From positions 6,984 through 70,983 of IMG/VR virus record IMGVR_UViG_3300036766_001106: a stretch of 64,000 nt of DNA; one strand, written 5' to 3'. Positions within the stretch are counted from its first letter, which is position 1, and each line of letters starts with the position of its first letter. The stretch is from a virus. Made by a program: the position numbers and the translations under genes. Shown piece by piece: positions 28,501-34,787 of this stretch. The notes under the pieces are model-generated. The model did no database searches and was not told where the DNA came from. It saw only the letters and a program-made list of their open reading frames with translations.

Positions 28501-31500
28501 CTCCTTCCAGACCTCCAGGTACTCCCACGCCTCCGGCCCCCTCTTCGCCACCTGGGGCAGGAGAAACACCCCCAGGCCGACCCGGGCCGGCCGGCTGTCC
28601 CTGAGAAAGTCCGGGAGCCACAATACCTTCTGCGCGGGCATCTATGTCTCCTTTTAATAACTTATAAACATCTTCAAAGGTCTTGGCAACCTCTATCTGT
28701 TCAATTTTGTAAGGCGCCGCTGCCTTATCGGGCTGAACCTTGCGGCCTTCGATGGTGATAAGGCGGATCGGAAACTTGGTGCCCATCCGCTCGTAAACCT
28801 TGCCGTCGATGTTGATGTGGTGGGTGACGTTATAGTGAGAGTAAAGATAGTTGAAAAACACCCGGTTAGCGTTGGTGAGCTTACCCATGATGCCGCCGAT
28901 AGGCGTGGCGAAGGAGTGGCCACCGATGATGAACGCTGCCCGGCCGTCATCGTCCATGGCCTGGAGAGCATCCAGGGCGATCAGGTGCTCTAGCTTGGAA
29001 ATTTTGTAGCCGTCAAAATCCACCGGGGTGTTCAGGCTGCCGAAAGGCGGGTTGGCGATCACCACGTCCACCGATTTCTCTTGCGGGCCGCCCTGCTTGC
29101 CTACCAAGCTCTGAGCGTCTTGGGAAACCACGTCGAACCCCTGGGACCGCAGATGTTCAGCCCGAAGTGGGTCGATCTCATTCGCCAAGGTCTGTTTCGG
29201 ATTCGCCCCGATCAGGAGCATACCGTTGCCCGCGGTGGGCTCGTAAACCCAAGAATCTTCGGTGATCCCAGTAACTTTATTCATCAGGTAGGCCAAGGGC
29301 ACCGGGGTGGAATAAGCCTGGTTCCTGATGGTGGTGGAGGTCCGGGAGGTGAGGGCCGGCTGCCGGTTATAGAGGTCAATCAGCTTGCGCAGAGTTCCGG
29401 CCACGTCTCCTTGGGTGTCCCCGGCCACGATGCTCCGGTTGGCATAGACCAAGGCCAGTTCTAGAGCTTCCTCGATCTGCTTGCGATAAGATGGCATTTG
29501 AAGCCACTCAGGAGGAATGTTGTGGCGTTTCTGAACCTGCTCCATCAAGTTACCGAGGCTGATGTTGCCGCGCAGGTCGGAAGTGTAGAACATCTTGGCC
29601 AGTTCCACCGTGTCGATCTTGGCGGGCCTGGGGGCAATCCCCGGGGGCAAAGGGGACTTGAGTTTGGGCGTCGGCTCCTGGTTGAACAGGCCCCCGGGTG
29701 TCCCTCCCAATCCCGGCAGGGTTCCCTGCTGCCCCTGGACCGCGGCCTTCTCCAAAAGCTGGCGCTGTTCCTCGGCGGACAGGTTCCCCCGGGCCACCTG
29801 GTCAAACATCTCCTGGTCGGCGCTCATGGCCGCAATCTGGAAATTCTCAGCCTTGGGGAAAGCCCGCAGCACCGTGGCGGCCCGTTCCCGGTCGATGTCG
29901 GGGTATTCGTCTTGGAGTTCGTTAAGGCGAGTTTCGAGCGCGGAAGCCTTGGGTTGGCCGCCGGTGAGGTCGAAGTGGGGGGTTACTTCTTCGGTTCCGG
30001 GACCGCCTTCGGTTTGAGTTGGTGCGGGCCCTGCGGCCGGAGGTGCGGGTTCTCCTCCGCGAACTTGTCCTCCAACGCCTGCGCCAGATCCAAAGGTACT
30101 TTCCCGATCTTTTTTGAGGGCTTCGGGGAGATTCTCATAAAATGCCTTCCTGATTTCCGATTTTACTGAAACATCACGCAGTTGTCCAGCATATTCCCGC
30201 AAGAGGGTATTGGTGGCCGATCCGCTTAACTTTGCAGCCTTATCGAAAAAGGCCAGGTTGGCCGCCGCCTGCTGGCTGATCATCTCGTTGGTGTCGAGGT
30301 CCAGGATGTTGCCGGCCTCGGTCAGGGTCCCAGCCTCCTTGCTAACCAGGCCGAAAAGCCGCTTATCCTTGTGCAGCTTGTCTTTGGCGTAGGTCACCAG
30401 GTCGGCGGTTTCCTCCAGAAGGTTGACCTGGAGCTCTTCTTCACCAAAGAGGTTGATCTGCTTGGTGGGCACGGTTTCGGCGGCCACGGCCAAGCGCACC
30501 ATTTCCAGGAGCTTCTTGGCGGAGATGGGCCTGGTTTCCTCCCGGTCCTTCACCATCCGATAGACGGCTTCCTGGGTTGGATGGTCCTGGGGGCCCGGCA
30601 ATTCCCGCCCCAACACCGCCGCCTTTTCCACCGGAAACTGCCCCATTGCCACCGCGGTGAAGATAGGGTCACTCAGGGCCGCCAGTTCCAATGCCTGCCG
30701 GGAGTGGCCCGGGGTCATGGACACCCCACGCTCACGCAGTTCCTCCGGAGTCAACCCCAGGTTCCGAATAGCCTTGGCCGAATCAACCGTGGTTCCGGTG
30801 CCCACCCGGATATTGGTCAGGGCCGCTTCTACCTGGGCCTGGGGGATGGAGTAATATTCGGAGTCGAAAATCTGCACCTTATGGGATTCCAACCCCACCC
30901 GGTCCCCGGCTTCCAGGCGCTGGTGGCCGTCAATGAGTTCGACCCGCCCGTCCGGGTAACGGTATAAGGAAATATCGCCGGCGCTGGCCGCTGACCATTG
31001 CCCCCTCTTGGTGATGTCTGTCAGGGCCAGCCCACCACCGGTCTTTTCCTTCGCCCCGAACTTGTGCTGCCAGAGCTCCGGGTTCAGATTGATAAGCTCC
31101 CGGGGAAAATTGGGATGATGAGATAGACCCGGTTGTTGCACCGAAGCCGTCTCACCCGAGATAAACCGTCCCGGCTGCGGGGCCCAGGCTTCACCCTGAC
31201 GGGTAGGTCTGGGCGCAATTCCCGGAGGCAGGTTGATAGGCTTCGGGGCGAAAACGGTTGGTGGAGCCGCAGGTTTCGGTCGGAGGGTTTCTGGTAGTTG
31301 AGCCTCCTGACCGCCCTCGTCGAGGTAACCCCGGACCCGAGAAATGTCGATGCGGTGCACGTTGCCGTCAGCGTCCACCACCTCAAAAGTCTGGCCACCA
31401 TAAGGAGCTTGTTCCTCTTTGACGGTAACAACAGACCCGTCCGCGAGGGTGACTTTGGTGCCTGAGCCTATGGCCGTGGGCTTGGGCGGGGCCGAAGGGG

Positions 31501-33631
31501 GACCAGGAGGAATGGTAACGATGGTTCCGTCATCGAGGACCAGCTTGCCCCCGGGTCGAAAAATCATGTCCGCGGTAGGGGTGGTCGGTCCCGAAGCGGC
31601 GGGAGGAATCTCCGGTGAAGGGGGAATACCGGGGGGTGGGGTTGCCGCCGCTTCCGGGGCCGGTGTAGGTTTCTTGGTAGCCGCCTCTGCCACTTCCGCC
31701 CCGGTGATTCCCATAGGGGCCTGGGGTAATCCGCTTCTCCCTGCAATCTCCTGGCGGGTGACACCGCTCAACACTTCCCGGTTGGCAGCCAGGAGGCCAT
31801 GCAACTCTTGGGCGGCTTTGGGGTCCCCGGTTTCCTCTACCTGGCGGATAAGGCTCTCCAGGCGGTTGGCAATGGGTTCCAGGCCGGGAATCTTTCTCTC
31901 CGGCACCCGGAAGAGGTCCCCAATACCTTTTTGGTTGGTGATGAGAAGCTGGTTCAATTCTTGGGCGGCGTTCGGATCCCCTGTCTCTTCCACTGCGGTA
32001 ACCAACTGGCTGACCCGCTCACCCAGGCTGGGGACACTCGGTTTTGGCCTGCCCGCCTCCATTACCTCAGCGCCGGCGACCCCCATAGGGGCCGGAGTGG
32101 TCGGTCTGGGGCCACCAAACGCGGGCGGGAGTATCAGCCTTTTGGGGGCAGGCCGGGGTGTTTCCGCGGTGATGGTTTCCCCCAGGGCGTCAAGTTCTCT
32201 CTGGTGGCGGTCAGCCCAGAGCTTTTCATCGGCGGTGCGTTCCCAGGCGGGCTTCGCTAAAATCTTCTGAAGCCGCACTTCCTCTTCGGTTGGTCGGATA
32301 GGTTTGCCAGTTTCACCATATAACACCGGGGTTCCTTCAGGGGCAGGACCGATCGGGCTTGGTCTAACTTCCGGGGGAACTTCTTCCGGCCCCGGCATCC
32401 CGGCATAGACCTCGCCCCGAAGAGCCCCCTCCTGAGCCGCCTGGAGGTCTATGTGTCCTTGTTGCTGGCGGGCCCATTCCTCTCGGGCCTTTACCGCCTT
32501 TTCATGAATCCGCTCCCGGTGATGCTCCACCGCACCCCCAAGCCCCCCCAGAACCGCACCCACCAAGGCGCTTTCCACCACTCCTTCAGTGAGCTTTTGA
32601 TCTGGATCGAACCCATACTTGGCAAAGGCGTTCTCCACGATGGATTGCGCCCCTTCCGTCAACCCTTCGGTGAGCACGCTGTCCAGGATCTTATGAATCA
32701 GGGCCGGGCCTCCCTTGCCCGAAAAGATGCGTTGCAGGGAGACAGCTTCCAGGCTGCCAGCCACCACCCCGGTCCCCAAGATAGCAATAACCCGGGTGGC
32801 CCAAGGGATGGGCTTGTCCGGGTTCTTCTCTTCATACCCCCGGACCTTTTCCTCCCCCTGGGCCGCTTCCTGGGCCATGGCCATGCCATAGCCGCCCATG
32901 GTGCCGATGCGGACCAACTTGCTGCCGATCTCGGCGATCTTGGCCTCGTCCCCTGCAACCTTGGCCACTTCCAGGGCCTTGCCGTATTTCAAAGCCGTGG
33001 CGCCCATCCGGGCCATCCAGTTGCCGAAGAAGTAGGGTACCATAGACATGGCCCCTTCTGGCAACTGCGAGGCCCAAAACCGGGGGTTGCTCATCTGGGC
33101 GGCAATCTGTTTGGATACCCCGCCGGGGTCCTGGATGATCCGGTCTAGGTCAACGGGTGTGCCCCCGGCTTCTTTGGAAGGCTTCCAGGTCGGGGAGGCG
33201 GCCGTCTCTTCCAGGCTCTCGATGATAGGCACCGTGGCCCGCTTGACCGTCTCGCTCCCCAGGACATCGGCCCCGACGATTTTGGCCAACTGCACCGGCA
33301 ACTTAGCGAGTCCCAGGGCCCCCCGGACCACAGAGGCGCCAACCTCTCCCGGCAGGCTCCGCTCTACCTCCACCGCCTCGGCTTCCTTCTGCCGGGCTAA
33401 GTGCTCCTGCCGAGCCGCTAAATAATCGAATTCCTCCACCGACATTAACTGAGAAGGTTCTCCTTCCGGCTTAACCTTACCCTTGTTAGCCCAAAAGCTG
33501 TCCCAACCCGGTGGTAGGTCAGGCGGTTCCGGAGTAGGAGACATGGGCGTAGTTGCAGGTGCAGGCGCTGGAGCCGCAGCTTCCTTCTTCTGCCAAAACT
33601 CATCCCAACCCGGCGGTAAATTTTCAGGCAT
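19562..33631 (-). CDS. Giant polyvalent (DarB-like) internal virion protein: ParB-like, N6-adenine MTase, Strawberry-notch-type SF2 helicase, RadC/JAB, zincin-like HExxH and LPD38-like domains
   Basis: IDGHQR; EPTAGNG and NPPF; GHQTGVGKGR, DESH, GRIHRTGQ; HNHPSG..S.AD; HEVGH; DWEKNYFW...RLPKPFE. Confidence 0.9.
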   Translation of the reverse strand: MPENLPPGWDEFWQKKEAAAPAPAPATTPMSPTPEPPDLPPGWDSFWANKGKVKPEGEPSQLMSVEEFDYLAARQEHLARQKEAEAVEVERSLPGEVGASVVRGALGLAKLPVQLAKIVGADVLGSETVKRATVPIIESLEETAASPTWKPSKEAGGTPVDLDRIIQDPGGVSKQIAAQMSNPRFWASQLPEGAMSMVPYFFGNWMARMGATALKYGKALEVAKVAGDEAKIAEIGSKLVRIGTMGGYGMAMAQEAAQGEEKVRGYEEKNPDKPIPWATRVIAILGTGVVAGSLEAVSLQRIFSGKGGPALIHKILDSVLTEGLTEGAQSIVENAFAKYGFDPDQKLTEGVVESALVGAVLGGLGGAVEHHRERIHEKAVKAREEWARQQQGHIDLQAAQEGALRGEVYAGMPGPEEVPPEVRPSPIGPAPEGTPVLYGETGKPIRPTEEEVRLQKILAKPAWERTADEKLWADRHQRELDALGETITAETPRPAPKRLILPPAFGGPRPTTPAPMGVAGAEVMEAGRPKPSVPSLGERVSQLVTAVEETGDPNAAQELNQLLITNQKGIGDLFRVPERKIPGLEPIANRLESLIRQVEETGDPKAAQELHGLLAANREVLSGVTRQEIAGRSGLPQAPMGITGAEVAEAATKKPTPAPEAAATPPPGIPPSPEIPPAASGPTTPTADMIFRPGGKLVLDDGTIVTIPPGPPSAPPKPTAIGSGTKVTLADGSVVTVKEEQAPYGGQTFEVVDADGNVHRIDISRVRGYLDEGGQEAQLPETLRPKPAAPPTVFAPKPINLPPGIAPRPTRQGEAWAPQPGRFISGETASVQQPGLSHHPNFPRELINLNPELWQHKFGAKEKTGGGLALTDITKRGQWSAASAGDISLYRYPDGRVELIDGHQRLEAGDRVGLESHKVQIFDSEYYSIPQAQVEAALTNIRVGTGTTVDSAKAIRNLGLTPEELRERGVSMTPGHSRQALELAALSDPIFTAVAMGQFPVEKAAVLGRELPGPQDHPTQEAVYRMVKDREETRPISAKKLLEMVRLAVAAETVPTKQINLFGEEELQVNLLEETADLVTYAKDKLHKDKRLFGLVSKEAGTLTEAGNILDLDTNEMISQQAAANLAFFDKAAKLSGSATNTLLREYAGQLRDVSVKSEIRKAFYENLPEALKKDRESTFGSGAGVGGQVRGGEPAPPAAGPAPTQTEGGPGTEEVTPHFDLTGGQPKASALETRLNELQDEYPDIDRERAATVLRAFPKAENFQIAAMSADQEMFDQVARGNLSAEEQRQLLEKAAVQGQQGTLPGLGGTPGGLFNQEPTPKLKSPLPPGIAPRPAKIDTVELAKMFYTSDLRGNISLGNLMEQVQKRHNIPPEWLQMPSYRKQIEEALELALVYANRSIVAGDTQGDVAGTLRKLIDLYNRQPALTSRTSTTIRNQAYSTPVPLAYLMNKVTGITEDSWVYEPTAGNGMLLIGANPKQTLANEIDPLRAEHLRSQGFDVVSQDAQSLVGKQGGPQEKSVDVVIANPPFGSLNTPVDFDGYKISKLEHLIALDALQAMDDDGRAAFIIGGHSFATPIGGIMGKLTNANRVFFNYLYSHYNVTHHINIDGKVYERMGTKFPIRLITIEGRKVQPDKAAAPYKIEQIEVAKTFEDVYKLLKGDIDARAEGIVAPGLSQGQPAGPGRPGGVSPAPGGEEGAGGVGVPGGLEGEGPRPGEEGGEAGGGRGSAPGLGQPGAPRGGPVSPGGREAGGVNRYDQAGPGDRGAGVSPGVSPRPKPGEQAGPAGPLLPGPEGRPSQPGRGIAGTEGPQPGRVPPKSIGSGTQITLPDGTTVTIKEEQAPYKQGQTPYGEQTVEVVDADGNVRRIPISQIQGVIDESGKEVKLSDEDRQGLKVFQKNQWVETNDGATGQVTKVRGWGDKMVLTVQGPEGATTVKPANVKNILEGPPAAKEEKVPPPKATPAGETSLQVPYKPTSKGQAMNTVAPRYMAEAVGNYLKKLQEEVGDLDEFVRSRLGYKTKGEMFGVLGAEQIEGVALAIDAIERGTGGFVIGHQTGVGKGRMVAAIMRYAKNQGLTPIFLTENDGLYSDMYRDMADIKADLNPLIVASNPDRARIVDNNGNVIRNLDLNAIREAVRNRRLPAGYDAIFTTYYQINSRTMTGKMELLRALAPQSILILDESHKGAGDKSQTGAFLRAHMTDQARGVIYSSATYAKRPDTMALYHRTELGNLNVDIDTIIANLVMGGVPLQEWIAHQWAQSGQMIRNELSFSGIDIPVEVDTENITRDRQRSDDLTQGLREILRFSKAFNEWVADLNDDFQEEGEQVEPGFRGGISNTNFASVMHNKISQLLFCLRTDATIKEALAALRQGKKVTIGCYNTMEAFVKDMLEAGTIKVGDELNMNFAQVVRKAADSVLVYRIDHGQGAPPEKVIVRPEDMPSHLQTMWRNLTNLLESTTTDVPAMPIDYIAKALIKEGFKVGEITGRRHVLDWEQEGNILRRRSDKEKSDKNTPVNRFNSGEYDALIINSAGSSGISLHSGEKFQDQRPRHMILTQMSNEINEAVQLLGRIHRTGQVNLPSYMIKISSLPGEKRPLAILQKKLASLFANVSAKGESAYSLDVNDIINQYGDQVIAEMFADDPSLNDRLSGVLDNVIDDDFIKADKDGRIHQILTQYAETGKLTKRVTGWTSLQPVSVQEEMWAAIDAKYEDLVEHLKQIGEFSLESEHLDLQTKTLSKSVLVAGSEQGKSELSSPTYFETVEAKVQKKPMTMAEIEKRMHANLKGRQPQDLADEIKTKIQQEFKPWLAEKIALMRGAGTSQDTINRFEQGARGALTYTLRHLDEYQIGTAIKYELQAMAGVIYDLKYKPITGSNPATPGNIKISMAVDSTMRIFKTSMAGISTGTTRYKMSALDGWGKGSPQSPSWDEKLPDQTYETRYLVTGNLLGNPIDAGQMTFFTRDDGKLATGFLMPLNFDLSKHPELQRVMLSQSQAETLLKREGRMSDSSYEVIMRKMGLGYSLEVPTSKAKGGKYFLNKELLALVRNGEFYRSRGRMVGDIQNREDALTAVGLLYKLGTVFSTDRTTANNIFGSNLGGAPGVAEETVPYTQLTPKHHTEEVKLAYGSEKAANQVVQETARQIEKVHRNLQGIPSPGVPGVLARYRSRIAQEYSKQGWIDLSGRQLESGREAQQIAELFQVFRNPKMEILHAIYTKNGEIVAHNAITSGQLNAVRPKNIAQHLIRLQETAKRLGADKVHLLHNHPSGSPDMSMADRSMARVLRDGFTSLSEAKGETTGVVGKTGEGQEIEGLGNLMGEFVVIDHGKFSYLYEYPGQGYHINYGNYKVSPELQQAHTKGMIIKNASDLAAFISTIKYDKDKVVLIHLTSGNEVNGWSVHNKTILDKPVKQVKQSLKQEMKAFNANRTVIVTEDTAVVNKMLSQEIETGAQDNINLTSMVLDVINSRGENLRGSAEFLWQLSGRQAGKEARAMWEPQASYSPAEAENVLADYDRKMLAPSGKRTIWEKIKAVKTKTPGSTKRFLEKFYTEVVDRYAPMERAEEKLKKAGITVGPGQSVTNALSYMRGQEGRVRQALTGDHVYQSVMEADENGRMMFTGEIEEVGASLDKRLEPIKKLAAKRGEEVPKVMHDLFNRLMVAQRDLELAGETGSRAPGEIKGTRPEDSRAALDALRSIYGDDFKTLEAAARSVREWGDQTILQPLLQVGFIDQARYDEIKAKNEFYIPFKRLMEDIDDYINANAAALGIKGRVIQKIEGSERVILDPLQMWIELAYKANYAFARNYVVQNIAVLGEYGDPDIKEVAAKYLPVDFKQKQEIDAVLRPQLVKLAKALGIDVKVMGTMRSRRLGQFKKWLSQEVQSGGITSEVAKEIQVRFATFEATLAHEVGHGIDDAYGLVKLLIEQGTPEMKRELRRIADQRADNPSSSYKRYIRKKEEQVAEFVSRYIIDKRSVERLAPNALAKFEGYLRQNDKLRPLLTFKLSHQAGMLEAMNRVWARSPLPPEPGTIPYYRDGKQLWLKVPPDIFQATQSMMPSEIGILLKVAKAPADLLRAGAIMTPEFALARNPARDIIQAYLFSRFGFNPLKWFRDAYSLVVKDEDTARYRREWEAGGGPLATLAQSFVDPEQITSETIMGKKKGMVYHAHPLAALRYASAYLENMTRFSIYKQAREKGLSHAEAIHEARRTTLDFARHGGHPIVRYLNMIVPFWNASIQGADKLITELSGPNKWAVMRRMSLLTTASILLWTLAHQDDRYKELEDWEKNYFWHIPLGGKNSPMVRLPKPFEAGILFGSIPERMLDWAVDKNINGVKAALGAAWQALTPDFIPAIVRPIVEGGANYNWFTGRPIEDASLQNLPAELRAKPWTSELAKAISRHTPAMMELSPVKVEHFVRSMTGGLGANYFFPGIDVLLRKTGALEDIPQPTKDTIERIWGVRAFFTKPPTGYRAKTVNDFFEAYQKAIQADQGWKLLWNSGSMDKLDKFLADNPEAMFARVARKKVDELGKIKKERNSIYLSKTLTSEQKRTKLDALDEKIVQVAKVGQALMDPEVAQALQMPPRFKTEAGTRKSVDLDEYYKMTVESVGDAYDSIQKDLPRLLRMDEAQRQRYLIKTIRQAREDYQPVLKKPEDVMKPYRFSNLLDKPTRAERAAWQHIMGFRKISPGFMTGYRMKPEEKEVGL
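24067..24276 (-). CDS. Candidate nested gene (+1 frame, 69 aa) at the start of the RadC/JAB region
   Basis: SD GAGGTG 10 nt before the ATG. Confidence 0.45.
   Translation of the reverse strand: MAPRKQQTRLSRKPPGRSKKSTETSREYPAQECQGFWPGIAPASLKSILNRDGLICLDANSNPVEKPSK
28174..28641 (-). CDS. Nested gene (+1 frame, 155 aa, acidic and helical) within the MTase-helicase linker
   Basis: SD AAGGAG-6nt-ATG; globular E/K/D/L composition while the host frame is G/P/R low-complexity. Confidence 0.75.
   Translation of the reverse strand: MPAQKVLWLPDFLRDSRPARVGLGVFLLPQVAKRGPEAWEYLEVWKEKVRDLVKKVAKQEGDEEVHRVLDSLGPHVADQYLPGDEKQEELIDMIRQAPETGAQEYLLGYLRDPSPANKQDLLDHYSQDPKEDHLSPEEELQEQKDLNLDEFLLSL
29983..30138 (-). 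CDS. Candidate nested gene (+1 frame, 51 aa, MRISPKPSKKIGKVPLDLAQALEDKFAEENPHL...) after the ParB-like domain
   Basis: SD-like AGGAAGG-6nt-ATG; coincides with a G/P-rich linker of the host frame. Confidence 0.55.
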   Translation of the reverse strand: MRISPKPSKKIGKVPLDLAQALEDKFAEENPHLRPQGPHQLKPKAVPEPKK

Positions 33632-33642
33632 CTTTGATCCTT

Positions 33643-34776
33643 TTATTTCCTCTGCTCCCAGCTTCGTTGCTCTTCCTGGTCCCGTTCATAGGCTTTCTGC
33701 CAATCTTCCGGGGTGCCAAAGATAGCTTTTCCGGTCTCCCGTAACAACGATGGTTGTTCCTCCACCTGACCAGTAAAACGGTTATACATTGTTCCAGTCA
33801 ACGGTTCAGTTCTCAATGGGCTTGGAGCCACGGTCCTGCCTGTAATTGCTGGGGTCGGACCTGCCGGACCTGCCGGGGCCTGGGGGGGTGACGTGACAAT
33901 GGCAAATTGTTTCTGGAACCACTCCGCATTGGATTTATCAATCGGAGCGGTCTTGATAAACTCCTGCATCTTAGAATCATTGGGGAACAGACTGGCCACC
34001 TTATTACGCAGCCCAATCGTTACCGGATTCTTGAGGTCATTATGTAAACTAATGAAACTCGACTTCTCCGCTTCCGGTTTGATCTGCTGCAGGATGCTTT
34101 CAACCTCTTCTTTGCTCTTCGGCTCATACTCCATGGCCAACTTCTGGATAGCGAGCGGCAAAACCAAACTCCCCTCCTTGACCTCCCCATACTTATTTAG
34201 TAACCGCTTATTCAGGGTCTTTTGGAACCCTGCTTCGGTGACAAGATTAGCCTGAGTTTGAAGATCGGGACGACGTTCTGCTAATAGACGAAGCGCGGGG
34301 CCTTGTGCGGGCTCATATCCCCCGAATTGTTCCGTAGCCTTACTCAAAGCCGCAAGTCGTTCTTTCTCTGGCAACAATTTGGTGGCACCCGTTGCTTCTC
34401 GCAAGCCCTCCCGATTGAAAGCCTGCTGGGCTTGCAGGGGCGTGGCGAACTCCGACAGTTGTGCCCCTCCTGCGTCCGTGGCGAAGGTCTGCCGCATCCC
34501 CCGGATCACCCCGATGGGGGCCGGAGCCCCGGCGCCGGCGTTGAAAGAAGTCGGCGCTCCCAATTCCTTCCCTGCCTCGGTCGCCAAATTGAGGCGCTGG
34601 TCTGCCACGCCGCCCACCTGGGCCGCCCCTGACCGGAAGCCGAAACTACGCCCCCCGGGATTTGGGGGAGCCGCTTGGCTAGCCGATTCTGCCCGGGCCG
34701 CGTTCGCTCGGTCCACCGTCGCCAGCCTTAAATTTCGCTCGTCCATGTCGTCGTAAATGTCCGTAGTCAAACCCAT
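33643..34776 (-). CDS. Putative ejection/internal virion protein
   Basis: SD GGAGGG; directly upstream of the giant gene. Confidence 0.6.
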   Translation of the reverse strand: MGLTTDIYDDMDERNLRLATVDRANAARAESASQAAPPNPGGRSFGFRSGAAQVGGVADQRLNLATEAGKELGAPTSFNAGAGAPAPIGVIRGMRQTFATDAGGAQLSEFATPLQAQQAFNREGLREATGATKLLPEKERLAALSKATEQFGGYEPAQGPALRLLAERRPDLQTQANLVTEAGFQKTLNKRLLNKYGEVKEGSLVLPLAIQKLAMEYEPKSKEEVESILQQIKPEAEKSSFISLHNDLKNPVTIGLRNKVASLFPNDSKMQEFIKTAPIDKSNAEWFQKQFAIVTSPPQAPAGPAGPTPAITGRTVAPSPLRTEPLTGTMYNRFTGQVEEQPSLLRETGKAIFGTPEDWQKAYERDQEEQRSWEQRK

Positions 34777-34787
34777 GGCTTACCCTC

